64,000 bases of DNA from Azolla caroliniana (lineage: Eukaryota; Plantae; Polypodiophyta), in assembly GCA_043228905.1 (NCBI GenBank), contig JBHGNT010000008.1:6696001-6760000 (forward strand), given 5' to 3'. The notes under the pieces are model-generated. The model was not told where the DNA came from. It worked only from the letters and a program-made list of their open reading frames with translations, and made no database searches. Shown here piece by piece: positions 46,988 to 59,393 of the stretch. Position 1 is the stretch's first letter; each line of letters starts with the position of its first letter. A program made the position numbers and the translations under genes.

Positions 46988-49900
46988 GACATGACAACAA
47001 TTATGTCAAGATTTGAACTCTCGTATTATAGTCAAGTGTTATATTGTAACCAACGCATCCAAGTACATAATCGTGTAATGTGCATCTTCATATATTATCT
47101 ATTCATGTTCTAGGAGAGTTTAGAAAGTTCTAGAACTAGAAGGTTCTAGAGGGTTCTGGAATATTCTCCAAAATATTTTCAAGAATATTCTAATGCATGT
47201 ACTTCAACTCACAATATAAATACTTGTAACCTCCTTGGTCCCTTTCAGGGGATTCAACACCAGTTATGGAATCATAATTCAGTTCTTGCTCTCTTGACTA
47301 CTTTCTCTCTCTTTCTCTTTCTTATTATTTTGTCTATGATCTCTCTCTCACTCTCTTAGTATTGAGCCTCGTCTACTTGTTCGTGACATAATTGCTACAA
47401 TCTTTTGTTTGTTCGTATAGACCATTTTGACCACTTAAAACACCGTAATATAGTAATATTTTCCTCACCATGACAAGAAGACCTACTTATTTCAGTTATA
47501 CATGTAGACAACCACCAAAACCAATACACTTTCATGACATAGAAATACAACTTCATAGTGTAGAATTCCAATACTTTATTAGTATATATAAGTTGTTCAG
47601 GAAAGGAAAGCATATCTCAACAAGAAACAACAATCAATAAGCTTGGTGAAAGTAATGTAATCAACTAACAATATATACACTTTTTATTTCAAGCCTTAGT
47701 TGATTTATGGAGAAGAAATGAAACTAGCATTTTGATACTATATAGCAAGTCTCTATATAGCATGAATAATCATGAAAGATGGTTACTGCGAGATGATATT
47801 GGGACAAACAGAGAGCAATTAGAATCATTAACAAAACCTACATTGATCCAAAGGCTTCTTAAAATCCAATCAGGAACCGCGAGATTTCATTACATCAACT
47901 CCTTCACATCAATCAATCAGAAACTGAGAGATTTCATTCCATCAACTCATTCACATCAATCAATTAGAAACCATGAGATTTCATTCCATCAACTCCCAAC
48001 TCCTTCGCCTCAGACAAGAACTACGAGAATTCATTATAAACTTTAATTTGAGATTATAGCAGCAACCTGGAGATACTTTTGAGGGTAATCCCATTCTTTT
48101 TAATTGCCAATTGAAAGCATTTAACCTTGAAGAGACATACGTTGCACCAGATGATATTCAAAGGGAACCAAAATTTCGAATCCTTTACATTACACAGATC
48201 AATCACAAGAGAAAAGGGAATTCAACAAATGAATTCAAAAATAGATTTCACTAATTTATGAAGTAGATATATTTCATGAATACACGGACCTTACATCAAT
48301 CAGATAGGAAAACCAAGTGATCAAAGGATGGGAACTAGTCAGTATTCTGTATCCCTTACATACAACACACACATAGTTGGAAAATATAACGAAAATAATA
48401 TTATAAAATAAATAAATTGTAAGAATAAAAGTATGATATGAAGAGTCATACCACGAACAGTTACAACTAAACAATTAAAGGGCATACTTGTCCTATAAAG
48501 AGATCATCATGATATGGCAAGACTCAAACCCATGACCTTATGTTATATGCGTCGAGCTCTTGACCTTATGTTATATTCAGAGGATTCCTTAATCAGGTAC
48601 GCTTAGTCATTCAAATGCATCCTTCCCGATACCCCACTGATGCATCCCAAGTAGACCTAATAGGCACGTTGCTTAGCGGCTCAACCTTGGCATGGTTCGC
48701 TCCGCTTCTAGAAAAACAATCGCCCTTGCTTAATAACTTTGAAGACTTTATTAGTGAGTGTAAAGCCTGCTTTGGAGATACCGACAACATCATGACGACG
48801 ATCAACAAAATCCGACGATTGCGTCAAGGCGATCGTCCAGCCTCTGTCTACGCGGCAGATTTCCGTCTACTCGCCTCAGATATTCCCTGGGATGATCAGG
48901 CACTAATGGAGCAGTTTTGCTACGGCCTACGAAACGATGTCAAACATTTACTTTTACCCTTCCTCGAAGAACCAAAGTCTCTTACAGAGGCAATTAGTCG
49001 AGCAGTCCAATGCGGTAACTGCCTTTTCGAACGACGTTCAGAACGTCTACTACAAATACCACGCTCTAGGCCGGAGCCCACATGCACCTCAATCGCAGCT
49101 AAACCATTTGCACAAGATGTATCTCAGGCAAATACTCCGACACCGATGGAGATTGACACCATGCGTCAACGTGGCCCGTTATCGGAAGAAGAAAAGCAAC
49201 GATGATGTGCAAATCGATTATGTCTTTATTGCGGTGGACCAGGGCATATCGCAATCAACTGTCCCCATAGGCCAAGAAGACAGGTAAATCAAATCGTAGC
49301 TTGTACTAAACCCGAGTCAATTCCCTTAGGAGTGTTTGATAGTATTAATAGTACTGATAGCCTAGGAATCTCAAACAAATTTGAAATCCTTCGTCAATTA
49401 GAAGAAGAGTTAAACAACTAAGTCCAGCCAAAATAGGAGTTGTTTGGTTGGACAACCCTAGATCTGTGCAACCCATTAGTGGTTCCATTCCCTCTAAGCA
49501 AGTTAGCAATGTGTTCTTAGCCCAAGTCATGGTTAGTACTAAAAGTACCCCAACAGTACACGTCTTAGCACTTTTAGATTCTGGAGCCAATTCCTGTTTC
49601 ATGGATCGGATTTTGCCCAAGCTTCTTAGATATCCTCAAGAAAACTTCCTTGCCCCGCATCTGTAGTAGTCATTGATGGTCGTCCAATTGCTTCCGAGAA
49701 TATTATAGAAGAGTCAGAACCCATTCAGGTTGTCCTAGGTAGTTTTGTGTGTGTGGTATCATTTAATATAATTAGTAGTCTAGTGCATCCCATTGTCCTG
49801 GGATTACCTTGGTTTGAATTACATAATCCAGACATAGATTGGAGAACAAGAGAAGTCCGGTATCGACAACCCCGAGAATCTAGTCATCGAGTTCCAACCA

Positions 49901-50985
49901 TTTCACTCCATCAATTATGCGAAGAAGGACGCAAGGACGCAATGTTTCTATTTGCAATATCAGTACATCCTTCCAGCAATACTAAGAAGGAATCCTTAGT
50001 TCAACTTCCGGTGAAATATCATCCTTATGCCGATGTATTTGACAAGGTAAAAGCCAATACTCTTTCTCATCATCGTCTCTACGATTGTCCCTACAATTTA
50101 CAACTAGGAACAGAGCCACCATGGGGACCAATTTACAACTTGTCACCAACTGAGTTAGAAGTTCTTTGAGCCTACATAGAAGAGAATTAGGCAAGCGGGT
50201 TTATTCGTCACTCGAAATCTCCGGCCGGTGCACCCATTTTCTTTGTCAAGAAGAAAGATAGATCACTTCGTCTCATCGTTGATTACCACTGTCGTGATGT
50301 GGCGTGTTTAATGCGAGAAAAAGTGAAAAATTGAGGATACATGCACATTACACAAATACTTGTAAAAATGAAAATAATAATAAACAAACCTAGGACATGT
50401 TGGCATTCAATGCATATTGAGGGTTGCAAGTAAGATTTGAACCTTGCACGTCTAAGATAAGAGGCAATTATCATACCACTAAAGCTACTACTTCATGCTT
50501 TAGATTTTGTTTCTTTTCTTCTCATATTCAATATTCCATAGGTAGCAAACAAACAAAACCGTGTACACAAAACCATGGTTTTAAGTCCATGGTTTTGTGC
50601 ATGTCACAAGCAAAACCGTGTGCACAAAACCATGGTTTTAGCCGATGGTTTTGTGCATGTCACAAGCATGGAGAGACCTATAAAATCCTCTAGTTGGGCT
50701 TGAGTATGGGGGGCTCAATATATAATATCATTTTCATCACCATCAATATAATCTTCTTCTTAATATTCTTCTGGAAATCTATCTTCTTCTTGAGTCTAAT
50801 TTTTTTTTTCTCAAGTGTGACATTAGTTTCCTCGACTCCTACATACACATTGTCATCTTTTCGACAATTTCGCGAACTTCCTCCTTGGTCCGAGACCCCG
50901 GTGGTCCCGCTCAAGCAAAGCACGCACGCACGCACATCTTCGCGACATCTTTTGGTGAACCCAACGTGAAGAGCGGCAGGGGAGG

Positions 50986-51786
50986 ATGAAGATGGACGAG
51001 GAATATCTCATGGAGGCAATGTCAAAGATGATAATGGAATTTTCAAGAGAAGGGAAAAGACGAGATGCAGCCCAACAAGCCATCGAAAGCATGGTCGAGC
51101 GAGTTAGCTGTTTCAATGGAGGCAAAGTCCAAAATTTTCTAGAGGCCTACAATGCCGAAATGGATTCAAGATATGTGAATGAAGCAATGAGGCTAGAGTA
51201 CTTTTGTCAAGTGGTGGCCGAACCAATCTACAAAGATATGAAAGAGCTTCAAAAAGCTCACAATTTGTGGGTGTCCCTCGAAGAAGCTTTACGAGAGGCA
51301 TATGATGATGAAGAGCCGAAGGGACGAAGTCTATACAAGTTTGACCAATGGGTGTCATCAAGGAAGACCCACCAGAGTGTTATGCATGCATTCATTGAGT
51401 TTGAGTGTCGGTTCACTCAACTCTCGGAACGGAAAAAAGGATTGGTGGGGGCGAGGGAAGTCTTAATGTTTGTCAAGTCGATTGATTGGAAGAAAAGGAC
51501 GCCCATTGGAGTCCAACTCAAGGACGACAATGGTGTGAACGGCCTCACTGAAAATTGGGCCGAATTGAAAATGGTATGCCAACGACATGACAAGAGGAGG
51601 ATAGGAATATTGTCGACAATGTCACAGCCGATGAGGGACGATAGGATGACAACATGCAACAACATGCCACCACCAAAGGAAGCAAGCTCAAAGAGGGAAG
51701 GTTCGACGATGCTCGACATAGAAGTCTTTATGAGAGAGGCATTCGAGAACTTAAAGGCGCAAGTTGAGGCTAAAGAGAAACTATAA
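50986..51786 (+). CDS. gag-like protein (266 aa) of the non-autonomous element
   Basis: Open ORF directly after the PBS; homologous to 443-950. Confidence 0.65.
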   Translation: MKMDEEYLMEAMSKMIMEFSREGKRRDAAQQAIESMVERVSCFNGGKVQNFLEAYNAEMDSRYVNEAMRLEYFCQVVAEPIYKDMKELQKAHNLWVSLEEALREAYDDEEPKGRSLYKFDQWVSSRKTHQSVMHAFIEFECRFTQLSERKKGLVGAREVLMFVKSIDWKKRTPIGVQLKDDNGVNGLTENWAELKMVCQRHDKRRIGILSTMSQPMRDDRMTTCNNMPPPKEASSKREGSTMLDIEVFMREAFENLKAQVEAKEKL

Positions 51787-51855
51787 AAGGGACAAAAACT
51801 GAGGTGAACGATGGTTGAGGAAGAAGAGACCTCTTCACAAATGTAGATTAAGGAA

Positions 51856-53172
51856 GTGGTGGATTTGAAGCCTCAAGTTCAGTACGGCAGTATCATAGGA
51901 GAAAATGCAAAAAAAATCATCTTCTCATCTTGGAAAGAAACAATAGAGAAGGATGAAACCAATGAATCGAGGACGGCAAACGCCACTTCAAGTGAGGACA
52001 ATTGTTTCGGAACATGCATCGTGTCTGAAACCTCGAGTGATGAAGGTGCAAGCATGAGAAAAGCTTGCATGATCAAGGGAGATAAAGAGTGTGAGGCCCA
52101 CATGATTAAGAAGGTAGCCATGAAAAACGATATCAAGGAGGTGGCTATGGACAACATGGCAAAGGTGATCGACCAAAGGCGTATGGAATCCTCCACACTT
52201 GTTCTAGAGACTTGGGCAATTGCATCTGAGAATCAACGTGAGACCCAAGAAATGGAAGGTGATGGCGAGGAAGCGAAGATCGGAGCTGATGCACATGATG
52301 GGAACATAGCCACAGACAATGACGTCGTCCCGAAGATGGCAAGAACGGGCAAGGACCATGGAGAGGATTCCTCCACACTTGTTCTAGAGACTTCGGCAGT
52401 TGCATCCGAGAGCCAACATGACACCGAAGAGATGGAAGGTGGCTACGAGGAAGCGAAGAATGAAGTCGGTGTGTGCGATGAAGAGTCCAAACGAAGCACA
52501 ACAACGAAAGCAGACGTGCACAACAAAGAGGCCAAAGAAAGTGTGACAATGGACAATGAGGGCCAAGCAAGCCAAGAGGATTTGAAAGGTGTACCTCGGA
52601 AAGTGATCATGTCTTCTAACATGAGGGAGGACACTAGCATCAAGATCAAAGATATGATGGTCAACTCAAACGTGAGAGTTTACCACAACAAATGGATAAA
52701 AGAGAGGCATGCAATATGGTCTCTTAGAGACCCCGAGATGAGCATGCTCTTGAAGGAACTACGTTGGGTAGTCAACATCAACATTCGAATGAGGTATTGT
52801 GAAGGCAAGCAGGGGACGAGAAAGAATGAAGGATCGAAGTTTCTTGACCAAGGAGATAGACGGGATGAAGGTGGCACATACATGAATTGTGAAAGGTTAT
52901 GGTTAGGAGGGGCGAAGGGGGCCATGACAACCGGTCATAGCATTGGGAAGTGCGAGCGAACGATATGGTGGATCGGATGGCGACAATGGTTCAGTTGGAA
53001 GGAATGGATGAGCTCAAAATGGAGGGACAAAGAGAGTGTGGGCAAGGCACAAGAAAGGAGCAAATCTAAGGTTGACAACCTTTGGCCCCACCACATCACT
53101 CTTTTCCTTCTTGGCACATGCCGGAGGATGTGCGGTTTGGTGGGGGTGGATGTCGTGATGTGGCGTGTTTAA
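51856..53172 (+). CDS. Low-complexity acidic ORF of unknown function (438 aa)
   Basis: Contains two SSTLVLET(W/S)A repeats whose DNA matches the core of the 120-bp array at 2440-3570; no recognisable domain; may be non-functional. Confidence 0.35.
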   Translation: MVDLKPQVQYGSIIGENAKKIIFSSWKETIEKDETNESRTANATSSEDNCFGTCIVSETSSDEGASMRKACMIKGDKECEAHMIKKVAMKNDIKEVAMDNMAKVIDQRRMESSTLVLETWAIASENQRETQEMEGDGEEAKIGADAHDGNIATDNDVVPKMARTGKDHGEDSSTLVLETSAVASESQHDTEEMEGGYEEAKNEVGVCDEESKRSTTTKADVHNKEAKESVTMDNEGQASQEDLKGVPRKVIMSSNMREDTSIKIKDMMVNSNVRVYHNKWIKERHAIWSLRDPEMSMLLKELRWVVNINIRMRYCEGKQGTRKNEGSKFLDQGDRRDEGGTYMNCERLWLGGAKGAMTTGHSIGKCERTIWWIGWRQWFSWKEWMSSKWRDKESVGKAQERSKSKVDNLWPHHITLFLLGTCRRMCGLVGVDVVMWRV

Positions 53173-56100
53173 TGCGAGAAAAAGTGAAAAATTGAGGTTA
53201 CATGCACATTACACAAATACTTGTAAAAATGAAAAAATAATAATAAACAAACCTAGGACATGATGGCATTCAATGCATATTGAGGGTTGCAAGTAAGATT
53301 TGAACCTTGCACGTCTAAGATAAGAGGAAATTATCATACCACTAAAGCTACTACTTCATGCTTTAGACTTTGTTTATTTTCTTCTCATATACAATATTCC
53401 ATAGGTAGCAAAAAGACAAAACCGTGTACACAAAACCATGGTTTTAAGTCCATGGTACATGTCACAAGCAAAACCGTGGGCACAAAACCATGGTTTTAGC
53501 CGATGGTTTTGTGCATGTCACAAGCATGGAGAGACCTATAAAAGCCTTTAGTTGGGCTTGAGTATGGGGGGCTCAATATATAATATCATTATCATCACCA
53601 TCAATATAATATTCTTCTTAATATTCTTCTTGAAATCTATCTTCTTCTTGAGTCTAAAAGTATTTGTTTTTCTCAAGTGTGACATTAGTTTCCTCGACTC
53701 CTACATTCACATCATCATCTTTTCGACAATTTCGCGAACGTCCTCCCTGGTCCGAGACCTCGGTGGTCCCGCTCAAGCGAAGCACGCACACACGCACATC
53801 TTCGCGACACTGCGGCTTGAATAAGGTCACCATCAGGAATAGGTATGCATTTCCCCTTATATCAAGTCTTTTAGAGCGAGTAAATGGTGCCAAGTTTTTT
53901 ACAAAAATCGATCAATGAGGAGCGTATAACCTCATGTGGATCCGACCGGGAGACGAATGGAAGACCGCTTTTCGCACCTGATATGGGCACTTCGAGTATA
54001 CCGTTATGCCATTCGGTCTAACCAATGCACCTGCAGTCTTCCAAGACATGGCAAATGATATATTCAGAGACCTCTTGGATATCTGTTTGATCATCTATTT
54101 GGATGATCTATTGATTTATTCGAAGACCCAGGAAGAGCATGATTCTCATGTACTATTAATACTAGAACGACTCCGAGAGAATGGTCTTTATGCCAAATTG
54201 GAAAAATGAAGCTTTGACTGCAAGCAAGTGGAATTTCTAGGCTACGTCATCTCCTCAAAGGGCATCTCCATGGATCCAACTAAAGTCAAAACTGTGCTAC
54301 AGTGGCAAACTCCACGTTTGTTATGAGATGTACAATGTTTCCTAGGCTTTGCTAACTTCTACCGCAAGTTTATACAAGACTAATCAAAGATTATTTTGCC
54401 TCTCACACAACTTACCAAGAAGGGACAAACATTTCTTTGGTCCAATGAAGGAGACATGGCTTTTATGCATCTTAAGAAAGCCTTTACATCAGCTCCTATT
54501 CTGGCTCATGTGGATACAAACAAACCATTCATCATGGAGGCTGATGCATCAGATTTCGCCCTCGGTAGCATCCTTTCACAACAAGGAGATAAAGAAAAGT
54601 TACATCCTATGGCTTTCCATTCGCGCAAATTTGATGCCATGGAAATAAACTACGAGATACATGACAATGAGTTATTAGCCATCATGGATTCATTTGTGCA
54701 ATGGCGGCACTTCATAGAGGGAACTTCGTCTTTAGTGATCATAAAAATCTTGCTTATTTCCAGAACGCTAGTGTACTAAATCGACGGCAAGCTCTGTGGG
54801 CCCAATTCCTCACGCGTTTTGACTTCAAAATCACATATTGGCCAGGGAAGTAGCAAGGAAAAGCAGATGCACTATCGCGACGTTCATATCTTGCACCTTG
54901 CCTTGGTGATGCAACATTTGATAATCAAAAGTAGGTAATCTTGGGACCAACACATTTGCACACAACAAGGATTTTTCACTCCACTGGATTACCGGATTAT
55001 CGATGCCATACGTGCCAACTTGAAGACGAACAATTTTGCTCAAGCCATTCTAGCACAAATTGATACCTCTCGGGCATCCTGTTCCCAGTCTCAACAACCA
55101 GGTATGGACTACCGACAATTCGAATATCATGATGGTTTGTTATTCTTTAAAAAACTCGTATATGTTCCCGATTGCTCTTGTCGCCTTCAAATCATCCAAA
55201 ATTGTCACGACACCCATACAACGGGACATTTCGCTAGTACTAAGACGTTGGATCTAGTTCAACGATATTTTTGGTGGCCCCATATGCGACGTTTTGTCGA
55301 CGACTACGTTCGGACCTGTGATGCTTGTTGCCGAGCAAAGATGCCACGACATCATCCATATGGCTTGTTGGAATCCTTACCAATTCCAAGTAAGCCGTGG
55401 TAGTCCATTTGTCTTGATTTTATCACAGACTTTCCAGTCTCAAAGGGTTTCAATGCTATCTTAGCCGTCGTCAATCGATATACTAAGATGGCACATTTTG
55501 TGCCTTGTACTAAGGCCATCAAAAGTGAAGAAACCGCCGCCCTTGTCATGCGTGAGGTATGTCGGCATCATGGCCTCCCAGACAGTATCATCAGTGACTG
55601 AGGACCTCAATTTGTGTCCAAATTTTGGAAGCATCTCTTTAAGATGCTCAAGGTCTCTTGCAACCTCTCCTCCGACTACCATCCCCAGACCGATGGGCAG
55701 GTGGAACGAACAAATCAAACGTTGGAACAATACCTCCGGTGTTTTCTAAGTTACCAACAGGGTGATTGGGTTGATATTCTCCCCTTTGTGGAGTTTGCTT
55801 ATAATAACGCTATTCACTCCTCGAATCGGGTCTCCCCATTTTATGCTTATACCGGTTTTCATCCTCGATGGTCTGTGATCGAAACCCCGGAGCTGCCTAC
55901 CAATCCTCGTGCTGAGGATCATTTGGAGAGGCTACGCAAGATTCAGACGGATCTATCTACTCATCTTCGCCATGCTCAACACACATAGAAGACTTATGTG
56001 GATCATGATCGGCTTCCCTCCTCTTTTGCCATAGGAGATCGAGTATGGCTCTTACGTCGTCACATCAAGACTACTCAATTGTGCGACAAATTGGACTATC

Positions 56101-56859
56101 GATGACTCGGTCCTTTCCATATTACCGGTACGATTAATGATGTCACGTTCCACCTTGATCTTCCTCCGCACCTTTAGATACATCCGGTCTTCCATAGTTC
56201 TCTTCTTGAACCTTATAAGCCCAACACTATTCCTTTGCACCTTCAGATACATCTGGTCTTCCATAGTTCTCTTCTTGAACCTTATAAGCCCAACACTATT
56301 CCCGATCGTGTTACACCACCGCCGCCCCCGCTTGAGTTGGACGCCGGCCCGGAGTATGAAGTTGTTGTTGTTCTCGACTCGAAGTTCGTTCACAACAAAA
56401 TTTATTATTTGGTCAATTGGCTCGACTATAGGTCGTCAACGCTCAAGATCTTCTTGGTGGAAATTCCACCGACGGTATCCGAACAAACCCGGTCCTCAAT
56501 CAATGCCGATTCGTTACACTCGTCGTCTTAAGGGGGGTATAGTGTCATGATATGGCAAGACTCAAACCCATGACCTTATGTTATATGGGTCAAACTCTTG
56601 ACCATTACACTATCTATTGTAATACATAAGATATTATTTTCATTTAAGTTTTGCTTTAGAAAAGTAATGTATATTCTAGATTTCTCTAGAACATTCTAGA
56701 AGCTTCCAGACTACTCCTGAGAGCACTATAAAAGGAGGCACAAGGCATTATTTCAAACCAAATTGGTTCAACGCCAGTCTTAAGCCTCATAGCTATTTTG
56801 TACTTACGCTTCATATAATATATCATTTGTTATCCTCATCTGTCTCTCTCTCGTCCTCG

Positions 56860-56914
<55 letters not shown>

Positions 56915-58344
56915 TTTCTCTCTTCCTTCCTTAGGAGTCTTACGTAGTCCAGTCCTCTTAGTACTAATAGTACTTCCCTTCTCCAGTACTAATTCTCTCT
57001 CTGTTTTAGTACTATTCTTGACAGAGACATGCACGCCTCTCTATAGATTAGTAGAGAAAAGAATCAATTTTAGAATTAAAACAAGACCCAGAAGGTCGTT
57101 TTATGTGGGTGAAAGTCTCCACAAGCAAGGACCAGGCAATATTTTTTGCCATTTGTTACTTTCCCCCAAAAGGATCCCATTATAATATTGTTGGCTTGGC
57201 GAGATTAGTCAATGAAGGAATGCCACATGGGCCTTCCCCATATGAACCTCTATCGGATGACATAATCCGATATTCTTCCCAAGGAGAAGTATTCCTTGTA
57301 GGAGACTTCAATGCGAGAACCCAATCCTGACAATGCACAGTATTTCAGATGAATAGAAACCTAGAAATGGTAAATGTCGATCCTTTAGACATAGGCACCA
57401 CACGTAGATCAAAGGCTCAAGGTGCAGACGCCACAAGCTTTGGCCATCATCTGCTCGAACTTGGCAGTCGGCACCGGATGGTCATATATAATGGTTTAGT
57501 CAAGTGGCCGGGCTCGGAAGAGCTCACATGTTTCCCACATGGAGGACGGGAAAGCACAATTCATTATCTAATAGGACGCCCTGAAGCTACCCACATGATT
57601 AACTCCTTCCGGGTGGCTCCATGCCCTATTGGCGCAGACCATGGTTTCTTATACTTCGAGCTAAAATGTGATATCTCTAAGGTCACCAACTCTAGTCAAC
57701 CACGTCATCACACCACAATACATTTCACACATGAGCTCTTTGACATATACTCTCAACATGTTCAGGCCCATCTCTCCTCCCTTGATCCCTCCCTACCTTT
57801 GGAAAGCCTTAGTACGAAACTCACACACATCCTTCACTCCGCAGCAACTAGCAGTTTTCCATATACAAAACACTCAAATCAAGGTAGATCAGGATCTATG
57901 CCTCAAAATAAATGGTATGATGAGGATTACAGGGACCTACATAGACAACTTACAGTATCACAACTCAATGGTAATATTACCTCGACACAAGCTCGCAAAG
58001 AAATGCGCAAGATGACACATTGTAAGAGACGAGCATGGGAAGCATCCCAATATTGGGAACTCTACCATATGCTCATGAGTAACGATTGCGGCACGGCATG
58101 GAAGAGACTACGGGAGCCAAGACCACAAACACCCATCGAAGTTCCCAAAACCTAGCACAGATATACAGAGAGACATTACCAAATCCCAAACCAACCACCC
58201 ATTCCAATGCCTTCCACACCCCGACCTACCACGGGGACACTTTTCATGACCTCTAGGGTCGCAAAGGTCATAAAGAAATTACAACATAGGAAGTCCATGG
58301 ACCACACAACATTGCGACCATAACACATTATATATGCGAGAGAG

Positions 58345-58834
58345 TGTTAGGAAACATGTCACTCCGGATCGGAAGTGAGAAGAACCGTGTTGATGAGCAA
58401 CGGCCGAGGCCGAATCCGGAAATCGTGGAGATAGCCAACACGGAAGGCTAAACTTGTAAATAGTCGAAAGGTATATAAGTACTTAGGGCAATCATGTTAG
58501 ATATATGCGTTGTTGTAAAGTTACTGTTGACAAGGTTGTTGCCTCCATAATTGTGAGAGTGAACGAGTGTGAGTGGAAGCGTGTGAGCTCCATAGCCGCC
58601 TGTTGGCGAAGCAAGATCTCGAGGTCGTTGCCTCTGAGATCTCTGATTGTATTCCTTTCTCTCATAGTGTTCTGTTCGGAGTTTGTGGACTCCACGTGGT
58701 TTTTCCCAATTCAGGTTTCCACGTTAAAATCTGTGTCATTCTCAGTTTCTGTATTTTGTTTTTTCCTTTCCATTAGATTGACTATTATTCCGCACACGTA
58801 CAACCGGTTGTGGCTGGCAATGATTTTAACTTCA
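58345..58834 (+). repeat. Solo LTR (Copia-family) inserted in the LINE
   Basis: TGTTAGG...CTTCA with TSD GAGAG on both sides; resembles the local Copia LTRs; removal restores the LINE frame YARECLAP. Confidence 0.85.
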
Positions 58835-58926
58835 GAGAGTGCCTAGCTCCCTTGCTAAGTCTAATCTTCAATCATACCCTTGCGGAGGGTTTTCCACCAC
58901 AGTGGACTATGAACACAGTGGCCCCC

Positions 58927-59393
58927 GGTTACGGCATGACCATATAATATCCCGTGGTGAGAAATTACTGTAGTATTCTATACACGTGGATAAGTGTGAG
59001 GGTTAAACGAGAGTGTAAAGAAGGGGAGGATTACTTTTAAATCCTCGGGATTGAGACAACCCATTAGGCTAAGTGTGAACTTGCCTAGGGGCCTTGGGTA
59101 TCGCTATAAATAAGAGGCCTAGCTACCCTCATTTGATCATCTTGTTGACTACGTCGAGACTTTGTCTTGTGGTGGGCCAACTCTTGTAGAAAGCACGCCA
59201 GCACCAGGTACGACTCGACGCCACGGCGGTGGTATGGGACGCCGATCGAGGCTCGAGTCCGTCTCGATCCCTTTGCTTGGGGGTGGTCGGGTGGATCGAC
59301 ACCCTTCTTTCTCTCTCTCCTCTCTATCTAGATCTATCTATTCATCTATATTCTATCCTTATCTAATGCTTACATTAGTCTATGTCTCTAACA
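58927..59393 (+). repeat. Solo LTR inserted in the LINE
   Basis: GGTTA...TAACA with TSD CCCCC; removal restores TVAPIHKGGDP..PNTYRTI. Confidence 0.8.

Larger units (their letters stand above)
44927..47388 (+). mobile_element. Small non-coding LTR element (TRIM/LARD-like)
   Basis: Termini TGTCAC...GTGACA; direct repeats 44927-45355 and ~46988-47388; 5-bp TSD TAATT (44922-44926 / 47389-47393); no pol motifs. Confidence 0.78.
50290..53809 (+). mobile_element. Non-autonomous tRNA-Trp-primed LTR element nested in the chromovirus RT
   Basis: LTRs 50290-50947 and 53151-53809 (TGTCG...CGACA); PBS TGGTGAACCCAACGTGAA at 50953-50970; PPT GGTGGGGGTGGA; removal restores RT IVDY(R)GLNKVT. Confidence 0.92.
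48505..57023 (+). mobile_element. Chromodomain-bearing Gypsy (chromovirus-like), degenerate
   Basis: 5' LTR remnant 48505-48575, gag 48615-49205 with CLYCGGPGHIAINC, protease LLDSGA, RT (YLDDLLIYS), RNase H (EADASDFA), integrase (GQVERTN), chromodomain (EYEV..VLDSK...YYLVNW), PPT AGGGGGG, 3' LTR 56543-57023; imperfect TSD GAGAT/GAGAC. Confidence 0.85.
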
